Of a DNA stretch of 64,000 nt, positions 28,294 to 37,856 are shown one piece after another. Every line of letters begins with the position of its first letter. Within the stretch, counting starts at the first letter, position 1. Made by a program: the position numbers and the translations under genes. Origin of the DNA: a virus (Duplodnaviria; Caudoviricetes); the IMG/VR virus record IMGVR_UViG_3300009826_000020, positions 19,019-83,018 of that record. The stretch is one strand, 5' to 3'. Under the pieces are notes generated by a model, which was not told the origin of the DNA, ran no database searches, and was given only the letters and a program-made list of their open reading frames with translations.

Positions 28294-30008
28294 GGGACAG
28301 TGACCCCAGTGGCAATGGCGATGCGGGGACGGTCGCCCTCCAGCCAGTCCTCTTGGGTTGTAAGCAGGTTGTAGGATGCGCCCCAGGTGCCGTTGAATTG
28401 AATAGCGGGAGTGACCCATCGACCATGATCACGGGTACCATTCGGATTCATACCGAACATGCCGTTCAGCCCGAATAAGAACTGACGGGTCGGTACAGCA
28501 CCGAGTAGGTTGTAGTCCCTGATGCCGTCCCAGTTAAAGTTATCGGCAACGACCCGCATCGTCCCGCCCACCGCTCCGATGACGGGGACCAGCACTTCGC
28601 CAACCTCGACTGGGCAGTTGATCCCCATCTGGTAAAGACCGGCGGGAGTGCCCGATGGAACGGTGGAAGCGGCGGTCGCCCGGTGGCTGATGATTCCCGT
28701 CTGACGGTCGAGGACGTAGATAGCGAGGTGGCCAGTGACCCCTGAGTCGACCGCCTCCTCCAACCCGATTGTCATACCTGTGATCGTGCAGGTTCTACCG
28801 GCGGTGAGAAAGGCGAACCGAAACCATCCAGAGGGGAGAGTGACTGCAACGTGAGGACCGGCACCGATGTTCTCAGGGACATACCACCGACCGTCGACCA
28901 ACGGTGTTGCCCCCGGCAAACCAGCAACGCTAGCGCCACCTGGGCTGGGTTGTAATTGCTCCTCGGTAATCCAGAGGGCACCGGCATTTTGTGTGTCCGG
29001 TTGTTGGGCCTGCTCATGAACTTCGACAAGCCCTGGGGATCCCTGTGGCCCCTGACTCCCTGCGCCTCCTCCAGCGAGATCCTTCCAGCCCTCTCCGTTC
29101 CACATCGATAGGGCGTAGCCGACATCCCCACCACTACTGCTCTGATCGTTGATTGCTTCGTAGTCGCCCAGTATTTCCTGTGGTGTCAGCGCCCGATTGA
29201 ATATCGCCACTTCATCCAGAACCCCAGCAAAGGAGGTACCTCCACGCCCCAAGGTGAATTTGGTGGTGAGCGAGGATATTGCTGTTGCCAATTGTGGTTG
29301 AGTGGAGGTGGTGACCGGCGTGGCGGCAACCCCGTCGCAGTAGGCGATTGCTGAAGTGCCATCACAGGTGACGACACCATGATGGGTCACGTTGTCTGCA
29401 AAGCCGGGTGGACGGGTGCCAGGGGATTGACGGGTTGTGCCGCCGGTTCCAGATGGGCCTGGACGAAATTGCAAGTCGCCGCTGGTATTGGTTAGGCATT
29501 GCCAGGGAAGAGGAACTAGATCTTCAGGGGTACCGAAGCACCACATGATCCTGTTCTCCGTACCCGTGCGGAAGAGTACGCTCACCGACCACTGATTGCC
29601 GAGGCCGGTGATGTCTCCCTCGGCTCTGGAGGTGTTTCCCCAGGCGGCGGCGGTGTCTTCATCCCATGGCAACAATCCGATAGAGGAGGAGATATTACCG
29701 GTACCGAGGAGGGTGGAATTGGCTGGGCTGGAGTCGGTGAAATTCGGTGGATCGTCCATCCGCCAGTAGCGGAATAGTCCACTCCTGCTAGCAATGCGAG
29801 AGTGGTAGGCAGAGGAGGCTGATCGGCGTGGCTCTACCCATAGCTCTCCGCTGCGTGGGTTTGGTGGTGCTAGCTCAGCGAATACTGGCTGTGCTCCTGG
29901 TGGGCCTGTCTGTCCACGAATTGTCGCCTGCCATGGCTGGACCGGAGCATCAACACCATCATCACCATCACCGGAAATGGGGTCGCCGGGATCACCGCTT
30001 ATGCTCAT
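28290..30008 (-). CDS. tail fibre protein with LamG/ConA-like domain
   Basis: YWRMDD...FAGVLDEVAIFNRALTPQEI. Confidence 0.82.
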   Translation of the reverse strand: MSISGDPGDPISGDGDDGVDAPVQPWQATIRGQTGPPGAQPVFAELAPPNPRSGELWVEPRRSASSAYHSRIASRSGLFRYWRMDDPPNFTDSSPANSTLLGTGNISSSIGLLPWDEDTAAAWGNTSRAEGDITGLGNQWSVSVLFRTGTENRIMWCFGTPEDLVPLPWQCLTNTSGDLQFRPGPSGTGGTTRQSPGTRPPGFADNVTHHGVVTCDGTSAIAYCDGVAATPVTTSTQPQLATAISSLTTKFTLGRGGTSFAGVLDEVAIFNRALTPQEILGDYEAINDQSSSGGDVGYALSMWNGEGWKDLAGGGAGSQGPQGSPGLVEVHEQAQQPDTQNAGALWITEEQLQPSPGGASVAGLPGATPLVDGRWYVPENIGAGPHVAVTLPSGWFRFAFLTAGRTCTITGMTIGLEEAVDSGVTGHLAIYVLDRQTGIISHRATAASTVPSGTPAGLYQMGINCPVEVGEVLVPVIGAVGGTMRVVADNFNWDGIRDYNLLGAVPTRQFLFGLNGMFGMNPNGTRDHGRWVTPAIQFNGTWGASYNLLTTQEDWLEGDRPRIAIATGVTVP

Positions 30009-32341
30009 CAGGCACCTCCGAGTGGTGGACGGGCAAGGAGGCGCACGCCCTGGAGATTACGACGACTCATCCCACGATGGAAGAAAGGTGGCTTCGCCCC
30101 AGGGTAGGTTGTCGTCCCTGTTGTCACCTCATAGATGGCAGGCCGACCATAGGATAAGCGGATGCTGGAGAATTCGGACGGCTCGATGTCGAGGTAGTTC
30201 CCGACATCGTCCCGCTTCCCCACCGCACACCGGAAATAAGCAGCACCCCGAGGCACTGGGCACCAGGCTCGCCCCCGCCGACCCATGTAGCCGAAGCCCA
30301 ACCCCTTGGCACCGTTGGAACAGATCCAGGTGTTCACATCGGGCCAAGAGTAGAAGTGCGTGCTGATGAAGCAGTACGGCTCAGGCAATGCCAAGAGCAG
30401 GCCGTCGAAAATGGGGTGAACAGGGAGTGGCAATCCCTGTGTCATACGTGCTCGGTTCGTCACGTTCTGGTGACTTGCCGAGAGGTTCCGGCCCGTTGAG
30501 ATCGAGATGCTGCCTGCCTCCCACGGTACTGCTGAGGTGAATTCCAGATCACTGTCGGCAATCTGGACATGGCTGATCCAGCCGTAGCGTGTGCCCCATG
30601 TCCCGTGGGCACTTGCAGCGCCCTGTGCCTGGAAGATGATGTCGCCTCCCCGCACATTCTCCCAGTTCTGACCTGCCTCAAAATTCCACCCGTTGGTGAC
30701 GCACCACCTGGCCTGCTCGGAGGCATTGCGTGGCATGGAGTTCGCCCAGGTGTTCGGGCCGTTGTTGGAGTTGCCCGTACTGGCATACTTGGAGTTCTCG
30801 ATGGTGATTCCCCGCATGACCAGGCTCACGAAGGTGGAGCAGTCAATCTGTGACGCTCCTGACCAATCCTCGTTGAGTGCCCCGTCGTAGCCGTACACGC
30901 TGGGTCTGTATGACTGGGTGGTGTTGAACCAGGCATCAGCGAGGGAAATAACCGAACTGATCTGCGATGAGCCATTCTGCGGGAGCGAGAAATCGCCCGC
31001 AAATCGAGGGCCTGATACAACTCCTCTGACTTTCCAGTCACCTGACGAGGTGGCGTTCCGAGGCCGGATGTAGCCGAAGTCGATCCGATAGTGGGCCTTG
31101 GCCTTGGGTAGGAAAACGCCCTCATCGGTGCAATCCCGTCCCTCAAGCCATAGACCTGGTGCCTGCCAGAACTTGATCCTGTCGGTGTCAACCTGGGTGC
31201 GAAAGGTGAGTGCCGACCTATAGCTGGGGTCGACTGTCGCTGGCATTTGGAATGCCAGTGCCGTCAGGGCCGTCGAGGTGAAATCGTGGAATTCTCCAGC
31301 CTGGATCGTGGGAGCGGTCGATTCTGTGTAAGAAGCCCCGCTCTGGGTGACCAGGGTCAGTTCTCCAGCGGAGCCTTGGTACCCCTGGTGGCCTTGCGCC
31401 CCTGGTCCTCCAGCCTCTCCAGTGCCCCCAGGTGACCCCTGGTGGCCCTGTGCGCCCTGCTCTCCGGTAGTCGAGGTACCTGGTCCCCCCTGGGATCCTG
31501 GCCCCCCCTGATGCCCCTGAGCACCCTGGCTCCCCTGTGCTCCACCCTCTCCTGATCCTGCCCCCTCACCGACGAGCAGTCGGTGAATCCTGACGTTGTC
31601 CAGCAGGACTGTTTTGTCGTTTGTCCAGCCATCGAAGAGAACCCGTACGAAAGCAGCATTTTCTGGTGCCCTTGGTTCCCAGTCATCGAGGTCGTTACTC
31701 CATCTGCTGGCGGATCTCAAGGCAACCGAATGCCACCCCGCTCTTTTCCTGAGGAGTGTGAATTTGATGCCTGCGGAGGAGAAGTGATCCTCATTGGCTG
31801 CACTCCATTGCCACTCCACCCGAACACCTGCATCGATTGTCGTCGGTATGGTTGGGATGAAGATATCAGCCAAGAAAACATAAATTTCCCCAGGCTCTAC
31901 TGCAATGGGAGATGATGTGTACCCTAGCTCAATTGCGAAGTTATGTACGTCATAGGGTAGGGCGTCTGTTATGGCTAAAGCTCGGTCACCGACTGTCGCA
32001 TTACCTGTCACCACTTCAATCGTGGTGTTCGCTGATCCTGTGACGCCCCAAGCTCCTGAAGTGCCGCCTTCAAAAGAAGAACTTTCTGCATCCAGCAGGT
32101 TTGGGCCGACTATCAGGGCATTCCCTATGTCACCGATTATTCCAGAGGTTCCCTCACCGGAGGCCCCCTGCGCTCCCTGGTGGCCCTGAGGTCCGGTAGT
32201 GCCCTGAGGTATTTGCTCCTCGGTTATCCACAGAGAACCGAGATTCAAGGTATCTGGCTGCTGCGTCCCTTCATAGACCTCTACGGCCCCAGAGTCGCCC
32301 TGTGGCCCCCGCAGGTTCCCGGCGTTGTTCCAGTTACTCAT
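30008..32341 (-). CDS. collagen-like fibre with CBM-like domain and C-terminal NlpC/P60-like domain
   Basis: GxQ repeats; NLLDAESSSFEGG; IDCSTFV...RNASEQARW...GDIIF...ISHVQI. Confidence 0.78.
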   Translation of the reverse strand: MSNWNNAGNLRGPQGDSGAVEVYEGTQQPDTLNLGSLWITEEQIPQGTTGPQGHQGAQGASGEGTSGIIGDIGNALIVGPNLLDAESSSFEGGTSGAWGVTGSANTTIEVVTGNATVGDRALAITDALPYDVHNFAIELGYTSSPIAVEPGEIYVFLADIFIPTIPTTIDAGVRVEWQWSAANEDHFSSAGIKFTLLRKRAGWHSVALRSASRWSNDLDDWEPRAPENAAFVRVLFDGWTNDKTVLLDNVRIHRLLVGEGAGSGEGGAQGSQGAQGHQGGPGSQGGPGTSTTGEQGAQGHQGSPGGTGEAGGPGAQGHQGYQGSAGELTLVTQSGASYTESTAPTIQAGEFHDFTSTALTALAFQMPATVDPSYRSALTFRTQVDTDRIKFWQAPGLWLEGRDCTDEGVFLPKAKAHYRIDFGYIRPRNATSSGDWKVRGVVSGPRFAGDFSLPQNGSSQISSVISLADAWFNTTQSYRPSVYGYDGALNEDWSGASQIDCSTFVSLVMRGITIENSKYASTGNSNNGPNTWANSMPRNASEQARWCVTNGWNFEAGQNWENVRGGDIIFQAQGAASAHGTWGTRYGWISHVQIADSDLEFTSAVPWEAGSISISTGRNLSASHQNVTNRARMTQGLPLPVHPIFDGLLLALPEPYCFISTHFYSWPDVNTWICSNGAKGLGFGYMGRRGRAWCPVPRGAAYFRCAVGKRDDVGNYLDIEPSEFSSIRLSYGRPAIYEVTTGTTTYPGAKPPFFHRGMSRRNLQGVRLLARPPLGGA

Positions 32342-32824
32342 TTACGCCCAGACCCACAAATTGCCGTCGATGTCGAGCCACGCATCTCCTGGTTGCCCGC
32401 CTGAAGGCGGCGGTCCCTGGCCCGGGAGAGTGCCGACAATGCGAATACCGGCCCCAGAATCGCCCTGTGCGCCGGGACCACCCTGGTGCCCTTGGTGTCC
32501 TTGCTGACCCAGTTCCCCAGCGTTGCCAGCCCCACCCTGGTTCCCCTGATTTCCCTGATGCCCTTGATTTCCTTGCGCTCCGGTTCCGCCCGCAGTTCCG
32601 GCGGTCCCAGGACCGCCCTGGTTACCCTGTGTTCCGACATTTCCCTGGTGGCCCTGGTGTCCCTGCTGGCCGATGCCTCCATCAACCCCAGCGGTTCCTG
32701 GCCCGCCCTGATGGCCTTGAGATCCTTGATTCCCTGTGGCCCCATCGGCTCCTGTATTACCGGGATCCCCTTGTAGGCCCTGAGGCCCTCGGATTACACC
32801 GACATTCGACCAATCACCGGACAT
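32342..32824 (-). CDS. collagen-like protein (GxQ repeats)
   Basis: ~35 G-X-Y triplets flanked by WSNVGVIRGP and GDAWLDIDGNLWVW. Confidence 0.88.
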   Translation of the reverse strand: MSGDWSNVGVIRGPQGLQGDPGNTGADGATGNQGSQGHQGGPGTAGVDGGIGQQGHQGHQGNVGTQGNQGGPGTAGTAGGTGAQGNQGHQGNQGNQGGAGNAGELGQQGHQGHQGGPGAQGDSGAGIRIVGTLPGQGPPPSGGQPGDAWLDIDGNLWVWA

Positions 32825-32841
32825 TGCCTGCCCTGCCTTCC

Positions 32842-33396
32842 TTAGCTATAGACCCACAGTTCGCCGGTTTCACCAATAATCCAGCCATCCCCCGGCTGTG
32901 GATCCTCGATGGAGGACAGATCCATCACGAATGGCACGGTGCCCTTGATCGTCGTTCTCGGTCCCGGCTCTCCCTGATATCCCTGCATACCAAAAGGCCC
33001 TTGTGGTCCCTCCGGCCCGGATATCTGTTCAAGCTTTGTCCAGCCGACAGGATCGCCCTTGATCAGTCTTGAGTCATACCACCAGACTTCATAGCTGCCG
33101 TTGACCGGCCCGACGAGCCAGACCTTGCCCATCTGCGTCACGTCAGGGGTACATGGCAGGAAACGGAGGTCAGGTATTACTGCCTGGATATTGAATCCAC
33201 CAGGAGGCCCGGTGTGTCCCTGTAATCCCTGAGGCCCTTGTAGCCCCTGTGGTCCCGGCTGGATGCCCGGTGGGCCTTGAGGCCCTTGCCGTCCGACCGG
33301 CCCAGCTAAGCCAGGTACCAGTATCTCCACGATCTCCGAGGTCGGAGAGACGGTGATGGGAAGCTCGGGATAAAGATCGACGTCAGTGTTGGACAT
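32842..33396 (-). CDS. collagen-like protein
   Basis: GPQG repeats, ends GDGWIIGETGELWVYS. Confidence 0.85.
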   Translation of the reverse strand: MSNTDVDLYPELPITVSPTSEIVEILVPGLAGPVGRQGPQGPPGIQPGPQGLQGPQGLQGHTGPPGGFNIQAVIPDLRFLPCTPDVTQMGKVWLVGPVNGSYEVWWYDSRLIKGDPVGWTKLEQISGPEGPQGPFGMQGYQGEPGPRTTIKGTVPFVMDLSSIEDPQPGDGWIIGETGELWVYS

Positions 33397-33859
33397 GGCT
33401 ACCTCGTCGCCCTATCGGAAGGGGTAGGTTGTCTGGTTCGTCTGGCCTGGTGATATTGGGGTCGACGTAGAAAAAGCCCCGCATGAGACGGCCCCGTACG
33501 GACTCCTCTTCCTCTTCCTCTTCATTGGTGTACCAGACGAGAAGATCGTAGAGATAGGACCTGCCGATGCCCCAAAAACCTACGGCCTGTACTGCCCCTG
33601 GGTAATTACCTGACCGGAAATAGTGCTCGATCTCTTCGGCGGTTAGGTGCAACTGGATCGTCGTCCCGTCTTCGAGGACGACGCATCGCCCGTTCTCGGC
33701 GTCGAGCCGGAGAGCCAGTACGAAATTCGTATTCCGAACGTCCATCATGGCCTGATGGATCTTGACGAAGCTCCAGGTGTCGACGTCACGTACTCGGATC
33801 TCCCGGTGCCAGTCACTCCCTCCGTTGCAATGGAAATTGTAGCTTTTGACCAGTGCCAT
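33383..33859 (-). CDS. fibre-attachment / BppU-like virion protein
   Basis: beta-rich, YLYDLLVW...LMRGFFYVDPNIT; upstream of the collagen genes. Confidence 0.6.
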   Translation of the reverse strand: MALVKSYNFHCNGGSDWHREIRVRDVDTWSFVKIHQAMMDVRNTNFVLALRLDAENGRCVVLEDGTTIQLHLTAEEIEHYFRSGNYPGAVQAVGFWGIGRSYLYDLLVWYTNEEEEEEESVRGRLMRGFFYVDPNITRPDEPDNLPLPIGRRGSHVQH

Positions 33860-33860
33860 C

Positions 33861-34373
33861 TCACCACACCATGGTCTGGTGGAAGAAGTCATGCTGCTGC
33901 ATGTCGTTGACCATCTCCTCGGTCTTCATTTCCTCTCCCATGGCGGTGATGGTCAGATATTGCCCGTGGACAAAGCCCTGCTTTTCGTAGTGAGCCACCC
34001 GGTAATGCCGACTGTCGTAGCTGAACCGGTCACGAAAATGAGCCGCCGTCTCAAGGGGATTGAATCTGAACCGGTCATGCGCCACCGATACCTGGAAGGT
34101 GATGCTGGCCGTGGACAAGGTGTAGAGGCCATCGGCCCCCTCCATCGGATCGTCCTGGCGGAAGAGTAGAAACATGACCGGTAGCTCGATGGGTGGATAC
34201 CAGGCTCGGCTCGGCCCCTCATCGTAGACATCGTGCTTCCTGGCTGATAGCTGGTCATATTCCATCCATAGGACGTTTTCGCCCCAGGTACGCTGGTAAT
34301 TCCTCATGATGTCATTCATCATGGTCATCTCGTACTTGGACCACCACTCAGGAACGTAAAGATTACTGCCCAC
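33861..34373 (-). CDS. head closure / head-tail adaptor-like protein
   Basis: HDVYDEG, DRFSYD...YRV; structural context. Confidence 0.6.
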   Translation of the reverse strand: MGSNLYVPEWWSKYEMTMMNDIMRNYQRTWGENVLWMEYDQLSARKHDVYDEGPSRAWYPPIELPVMFLLFRQDDPMEGADGLYTLSTASITFQVSVAHDRFRFNPLETAAHFRDRFSYDSRHYRVAHYEKQGFVHGQYLTITAMGEEMKTEEMVNDMQQHDFFHQTMVW

Positions 34374-34500
34374 CTGACACCTCTTTGTCCTGGTCTTTGT
34401 CCTCCATCATTTTTGCATGCCAGTCGTTCAGCATTTTGACCACTATGGGAACAAGGGCGGCAACGATTGCGGCGAGAGCTTGCTGCCAGGCTGCGCTCAT
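34363..34500 (-). CDS. 45-aa single-TM protein (holin-associated candidate)
   Basis: ATGA overlap; QALAAIVAALVPIVV hydrophobic stretch + charged tail. Confidence 0.6.
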   Translation of the reverse strand: MSAAWQQALAAIVAALVPIVVKMLNDWHAKMMEDKDQDKEVSGGQ

Positions 34501-34856
34501 GTTTCCCGGTACCTCCCCAGCCGCCAGTTGGTGTAGGTGGCAAGCGCACTGAAGGCCATCGCCAGGAAGATCAGAGCGACACCCCATTTTGCATAGGTGT
34601 CGGTGACCCTAACGAGTTCGATCACGATGGCATAGATCCAGGCTGCGGCCACGATCAGCCACATCATGATTTTGCCGGTGAAGAGCAGGATCAGTAATGC
34701 GATGATGGTAGCAATGCCCGCTCCGAAAATCGCCCACTGGTCATAGAGAAAGTGGTCCCACGCCAGAATGGCCAACCCTACTGAAGCGATGATGTGCGTG
34801 GAGACACGCATGATGCGGTCGAAAGTGGGACGCATGAATTGAATTTTCACCACCAC
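34497..34856 (-). CDS. four-TM membrane protein (holin candidate)
   Basis: four hydrophobic segments in 119 aa. Confidence 0.7.
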   Translation of the reverse strand: MVVKIQFMRPTFDRIMRVSTHIIASVGLAILAWDHFLYDQWAIFGAGIATIIALLILLFTGKIMMWLIVAAAWIYAIVIELVRVTDTYAKWGVALIFLAMAFSALATYTNWRLGRYRET

Positions 34857-34862
34857 CCCACC

Positions 34863-35462
34863 TCACTTGAGGGCATCCTCTGGAGCCATCCCTTTCTGGA
34901 GGCGAGCGTAGACCGTGTGGTATTTCGCCCCGCAGCGAGGGTCCTCGATCCACTCAGGCAAGGATTTGGTTTCGCCCCAGGCTGTGATGCGTATGGTCTT
35001 CTGAGTGTTGCGACGTTGTTGTCGCTTAGGTATCCAAGTGCAGTTTTCTGGGGTATAGTTGCCATCGTTGTCACGTCGCTCGATGGTGAGGCCATCCTCG
35101 TAACCAGAGGATTTCGCCCAGGTGGCGAAGGTGCTGAACAATACCCACTCGTCACAGACCTTGATCCCTCTAGCGCCGTAGTTTTTATAGCGCTGGTTCT
35201 TGGGATTATTGCATCTAGCCCACATGGTGTCCCAGACACGGTATAGAGGTGTCTTGGACTGCCCGTGAGATTCAGCCTGTCGGCCCCAGCGAGAGCAGCC
35301 ACAGGATGTTGATCCTCCATTCTGGAGGAGGTCGTCTCGTACGAGTTTGACCGTTCCGCACTCACATTGGCATGTCCACTTGGGATGGTTCGGGTCGGTG
35401 AAGAAGGGGCCAGCGATGACAGTCCATCGTCCGATCTTCTTGTTGAGGGTGATCGTCTCCAT
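34863..35462 (-). mobile_element. free-standing HNH-type homing endonuclease gene
   Basis: GRWTV...CQCECG...SCGC, YKNYGARGIKVCDEW, TIERRDNDGNYTPENCTW; own TAGTGT -10 box; duplicated flank. Confidence 0.88.
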
Positions 35463-35499
35463 ACAGGAGACACTACCACTCGATCCTCATACACCATCT

Positions 35500-36645
35500 C
35501 TACCACCAACCCACCCAACCCATATTGATGCTAGTCCAACTCCAGTACCAGCCCTGGCCTGCGCTCGGTCCCTCGGCGCAGACCTCGGTGTCGGGATTGA
35601 TGCCAGCCGGTACGGCCTGGTTGGCGACATAGCGCCGGTTTCTTGAGTCGACCAGGTCATTGGCCTGGTAACTCCGCTGTGGATTCCACTGTCCCTGGTA
35701 GGTATATTGCACGTCCACCTCGTCAATGGGTGGCATGATCCGCTGCGGCCAGGTGAGGTCGTCGTATTCCTTGCTGCGGTAGAGGGGCACCAACCTCTTT
35801 GTGGTGCGAGAGACTCGCCGGAGTCGGGACTGCGTTATTCGGTAGAGGCCGACGCCGAGTGCCGCACAGATCGAGTCGTACTGTGCCTCCAGACCCTGCA
35901 CCATCTGCATGATCTGGCTGAAGGTCTGGCTGATCGGGATCGTGACGCCGTCAGGAGTGTGGACATCGTGCTGCTGGGATACCCCGATGGCAATATCCCA
36001 CAGGGCCAAAATGGTGACCTTCAGTGAGAGCGGATAGATCTGCACCTCGGGGATCATGGCAGGAGGTGTCATGCCACCTGAGCCGTCCGGGCCACAGGGA
36101 TCGATGGGCATGCCGTCGCAGTTTCTCTGCGGTCCTGTGGGTGCCGGGTAGCCCATGTCCAGGCTGGCTGTCGGCTCGGTGCCGAACATCTGCAGGGTAT
36201 AAGCCGTGCGAACGTACATGTCCAGTTCGGATGGGAGAAAATCCCTGTAGTACGTTCCGCCCGCCACCAGAAGGAGGCTCGTCTTGGGTGCCTCATTGAA
36301 GATCAATAACCCGCCGTGGTCATCGAGAAAATAGTCGACGTCGAGCCGTAATTCTCGAGAATTTTGTTCTGTGGTGTCGGTTATTACGACCTGTAGGTCA
36401 TCCCGCAGCACATTTTGTACGGGTAGCTCGAATCGCCAAGCGTTTCCGGTGCAGGTCTGCCGACAGATAAATGGCCGAGGAAAATCCCGCAGGTGGAGTC
36501 GAGCCATCTGGGCGATGCGCTGGATCGACATCGGGTTGACCGGTGGGTAGAGCAGAGCCTGATCGGTGTTGGGATATTGGCCCGGGTTACCCGCCGTCAT
36601 GTCATACGGGTTCGGAAGTCCTGATGGTCTGCCGATCATTGCCAC
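35500..36645 (-). CDS. head-to-tail connector/adaptor with C-terminal CBM-like repeat
   Basis: RLHLRD...HTPDGVTIP.SQ...RLRRVSRTT.RLVPLY; YQGQWNPQRSYQANDLV. Confidence 0.7.
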   Translation of the reverse strand: MAMIGRPSGLPNPYDMTAGNPGQYPNTDQALLYPPVNPMSIQRIAQMARLHLRDFPRPFICRQTCTGNAWRFELPVQNVLRDDLQVVITDTTEQNSRELRLDVDYFLDDHGGLLIFNEAPKTSLLLVAGGTYYRDFLPSELDMYVRTAYTLQMFGTEPTASLDMGYPAPTGPQRNCDGMPIDPCGPDGSGGMTPPAMIPEVQIYPLSLKVTILALWDIAIGVSQQHDVHTPDGVTIPISQTFSQIMQMVQGLEAQYDSICAALGVGLYRITQSRLRRVSRTTKRLVPLYRSKEYDDLTWPQRIMPPIDEVDVQYTYQGQWNPQRSYQANDLVDSRNRRYVANQAVPAGINPDTEVCAEGPSAGQGWYWSWTSINMGWVGWW

Positions 36646-36768
36646 CTTCCAAGGCTACGCCGAGGTGGTCAGGGTGCCTGCGCCATGCCGCCCTACGATT
36701 GAACGATCCGGCCCGCTAACGCCGGATGAGCAGTAAATCGCCTGAGAACGCCTAGAAGTGGAGGGAAA

Positions 36769-37149
36769 ATGGCCTCCCGATACAACTGTGTCAACACGTA
36801 TGCCTTGTCACAACTCAAGAAGTTGGCCCAGATGTATGAGGGGATGTCCGATCCCGAGACGCTCAAGGCGGCTGCAGCCCAGGCGGGTGCTCAGTTACGG
36901 GACGAGATGCAGAAGAGGGTCGAGGGCGAGCACAGCCTGCCCGACCACCAGGATGTGGGTCAGGCCTTGCAGGTCTATGAGGACGAGGACGGTCTCAGTG
37001 TCGGCATCCCGGCTGATCATCCCCTGCGGGACAAGGCCCAGGAGATGCATGGCATCTATCAGTTGACCGACGTGACCCAGGATCTGGAGCAGCAGTCGGG
37101 AAATGCCGAGCGTGCTTTCTATGCTGCCCTTAGGAACGCCGTCTCGTGA
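36769..37149 (+). CDS. neck/tail-completion region protein
   Basis: GGAGG RBS; first gene of the tail operon. Confidence 0.6.
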   Translation: MASRYNCVNTYALSQLKKLAQMYEGMSDPETLKAAAAQAGAQLRDEMQKRVEGEHSLPDHQDVGQALQVYEDEDGLSVGIPADHPLRDKAQEMHGIYQLTDVTQDLEQQSGNAERAFYAALRNAVS

Positions 37150-37853
37150 CCGATACCGGCCATGTCACGTTCCCTGATTTTGATATTGACCCCAATCCGC
37201 CCTTCCTCGGCCTCTATACCGAGGAGGACATGGGGCTGAAGACCCTTCTTCAGGGCATGACGGTCACAGACCTGAACTCCGAGCCGATGGCACCTCGTCC
37301 CGTGCCGGTCTGGTTCCACAACCCTGAGCGTGAAGAGCGGCGGATCACCTACCCGAATATCACGATCAATTTCATGAGCGAGCGTGTCGCCCATGAGCGT
37401 GAGCACAGTGGGCTGATCCCTATTGCTTGGCGGTACCTGCAGAACATCCCCTTCAGCCAGGGCCATGAAGACGACGATCTTCCCTATGCCCCGCCGATAA
37501 TCCAGTACCCCATCCCCATGGATTTTGACTATGAGGTCACGGTATCGGCTCGGATAAATCAGCACATCAGCCAGATCAGTTCCGCCCTGGCGCTCGGCAG
37601 GCTGGATCCTCGGTTCGCCGTGGTGCATTGCCCGGGAGGTACGGCCCGACGCCTTGAGGTGCTCGGCACCACACGCACCAACACCCTGGAATCAGACAAG
37701 CGGATTTTCCGCCAGATTTATCGTGTCCGCATTCCGACCGAAGTGGAATGGCCTGTGGCCACCTCTCACTACCGTGTCAAGCATGTCATCCTCAGTCTGG
37801 TCGAGAAGGATGACCCCGAGCAGCGTGTCCTCTGGACCAACGAAGGAGAGTAG
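37146..37853 (+). CDS. tail terminator/completion protein
   Basis: VPVWFHNPEREER.ITYPNITI, P.PMDFDYEV; directly upstream of sheath. Confidence 0.72.
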   Translation: MTDTGHVTFPDFDIDPNPPFLGLYTEEDMGLKTLLQGMTVTDLNSEPMAPRPVPVWFHNPEREERRITYPNITINFMSERVAHEREHSGLIPIAWRYLQNIPFSQGHEDDDLPYAPPIIQYPIPMDFDYEVTVSARINQHISQISSALALGRLDPRFAVVHCPGGTARRLEVLGTTRTNTLESDKRIFRQIYRVRIPTEVEWPVATSHYRVKHVILSLVEKDDPEQRVLWTNEGE

Positions 37854-37856
37854 AAA

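Noticed and set aside
32302-33072. 256-aa plus-strand ORF and the 32338-32745 minus ORF
   Set aside because: Shadow frames of collagen repeats
23461-36768. Invertible tail-fibre cassette
   Set aside because: No invertase gene in the window and no convincing inverted repeats at the ends (only an 8-bp direct TACGCCGA)
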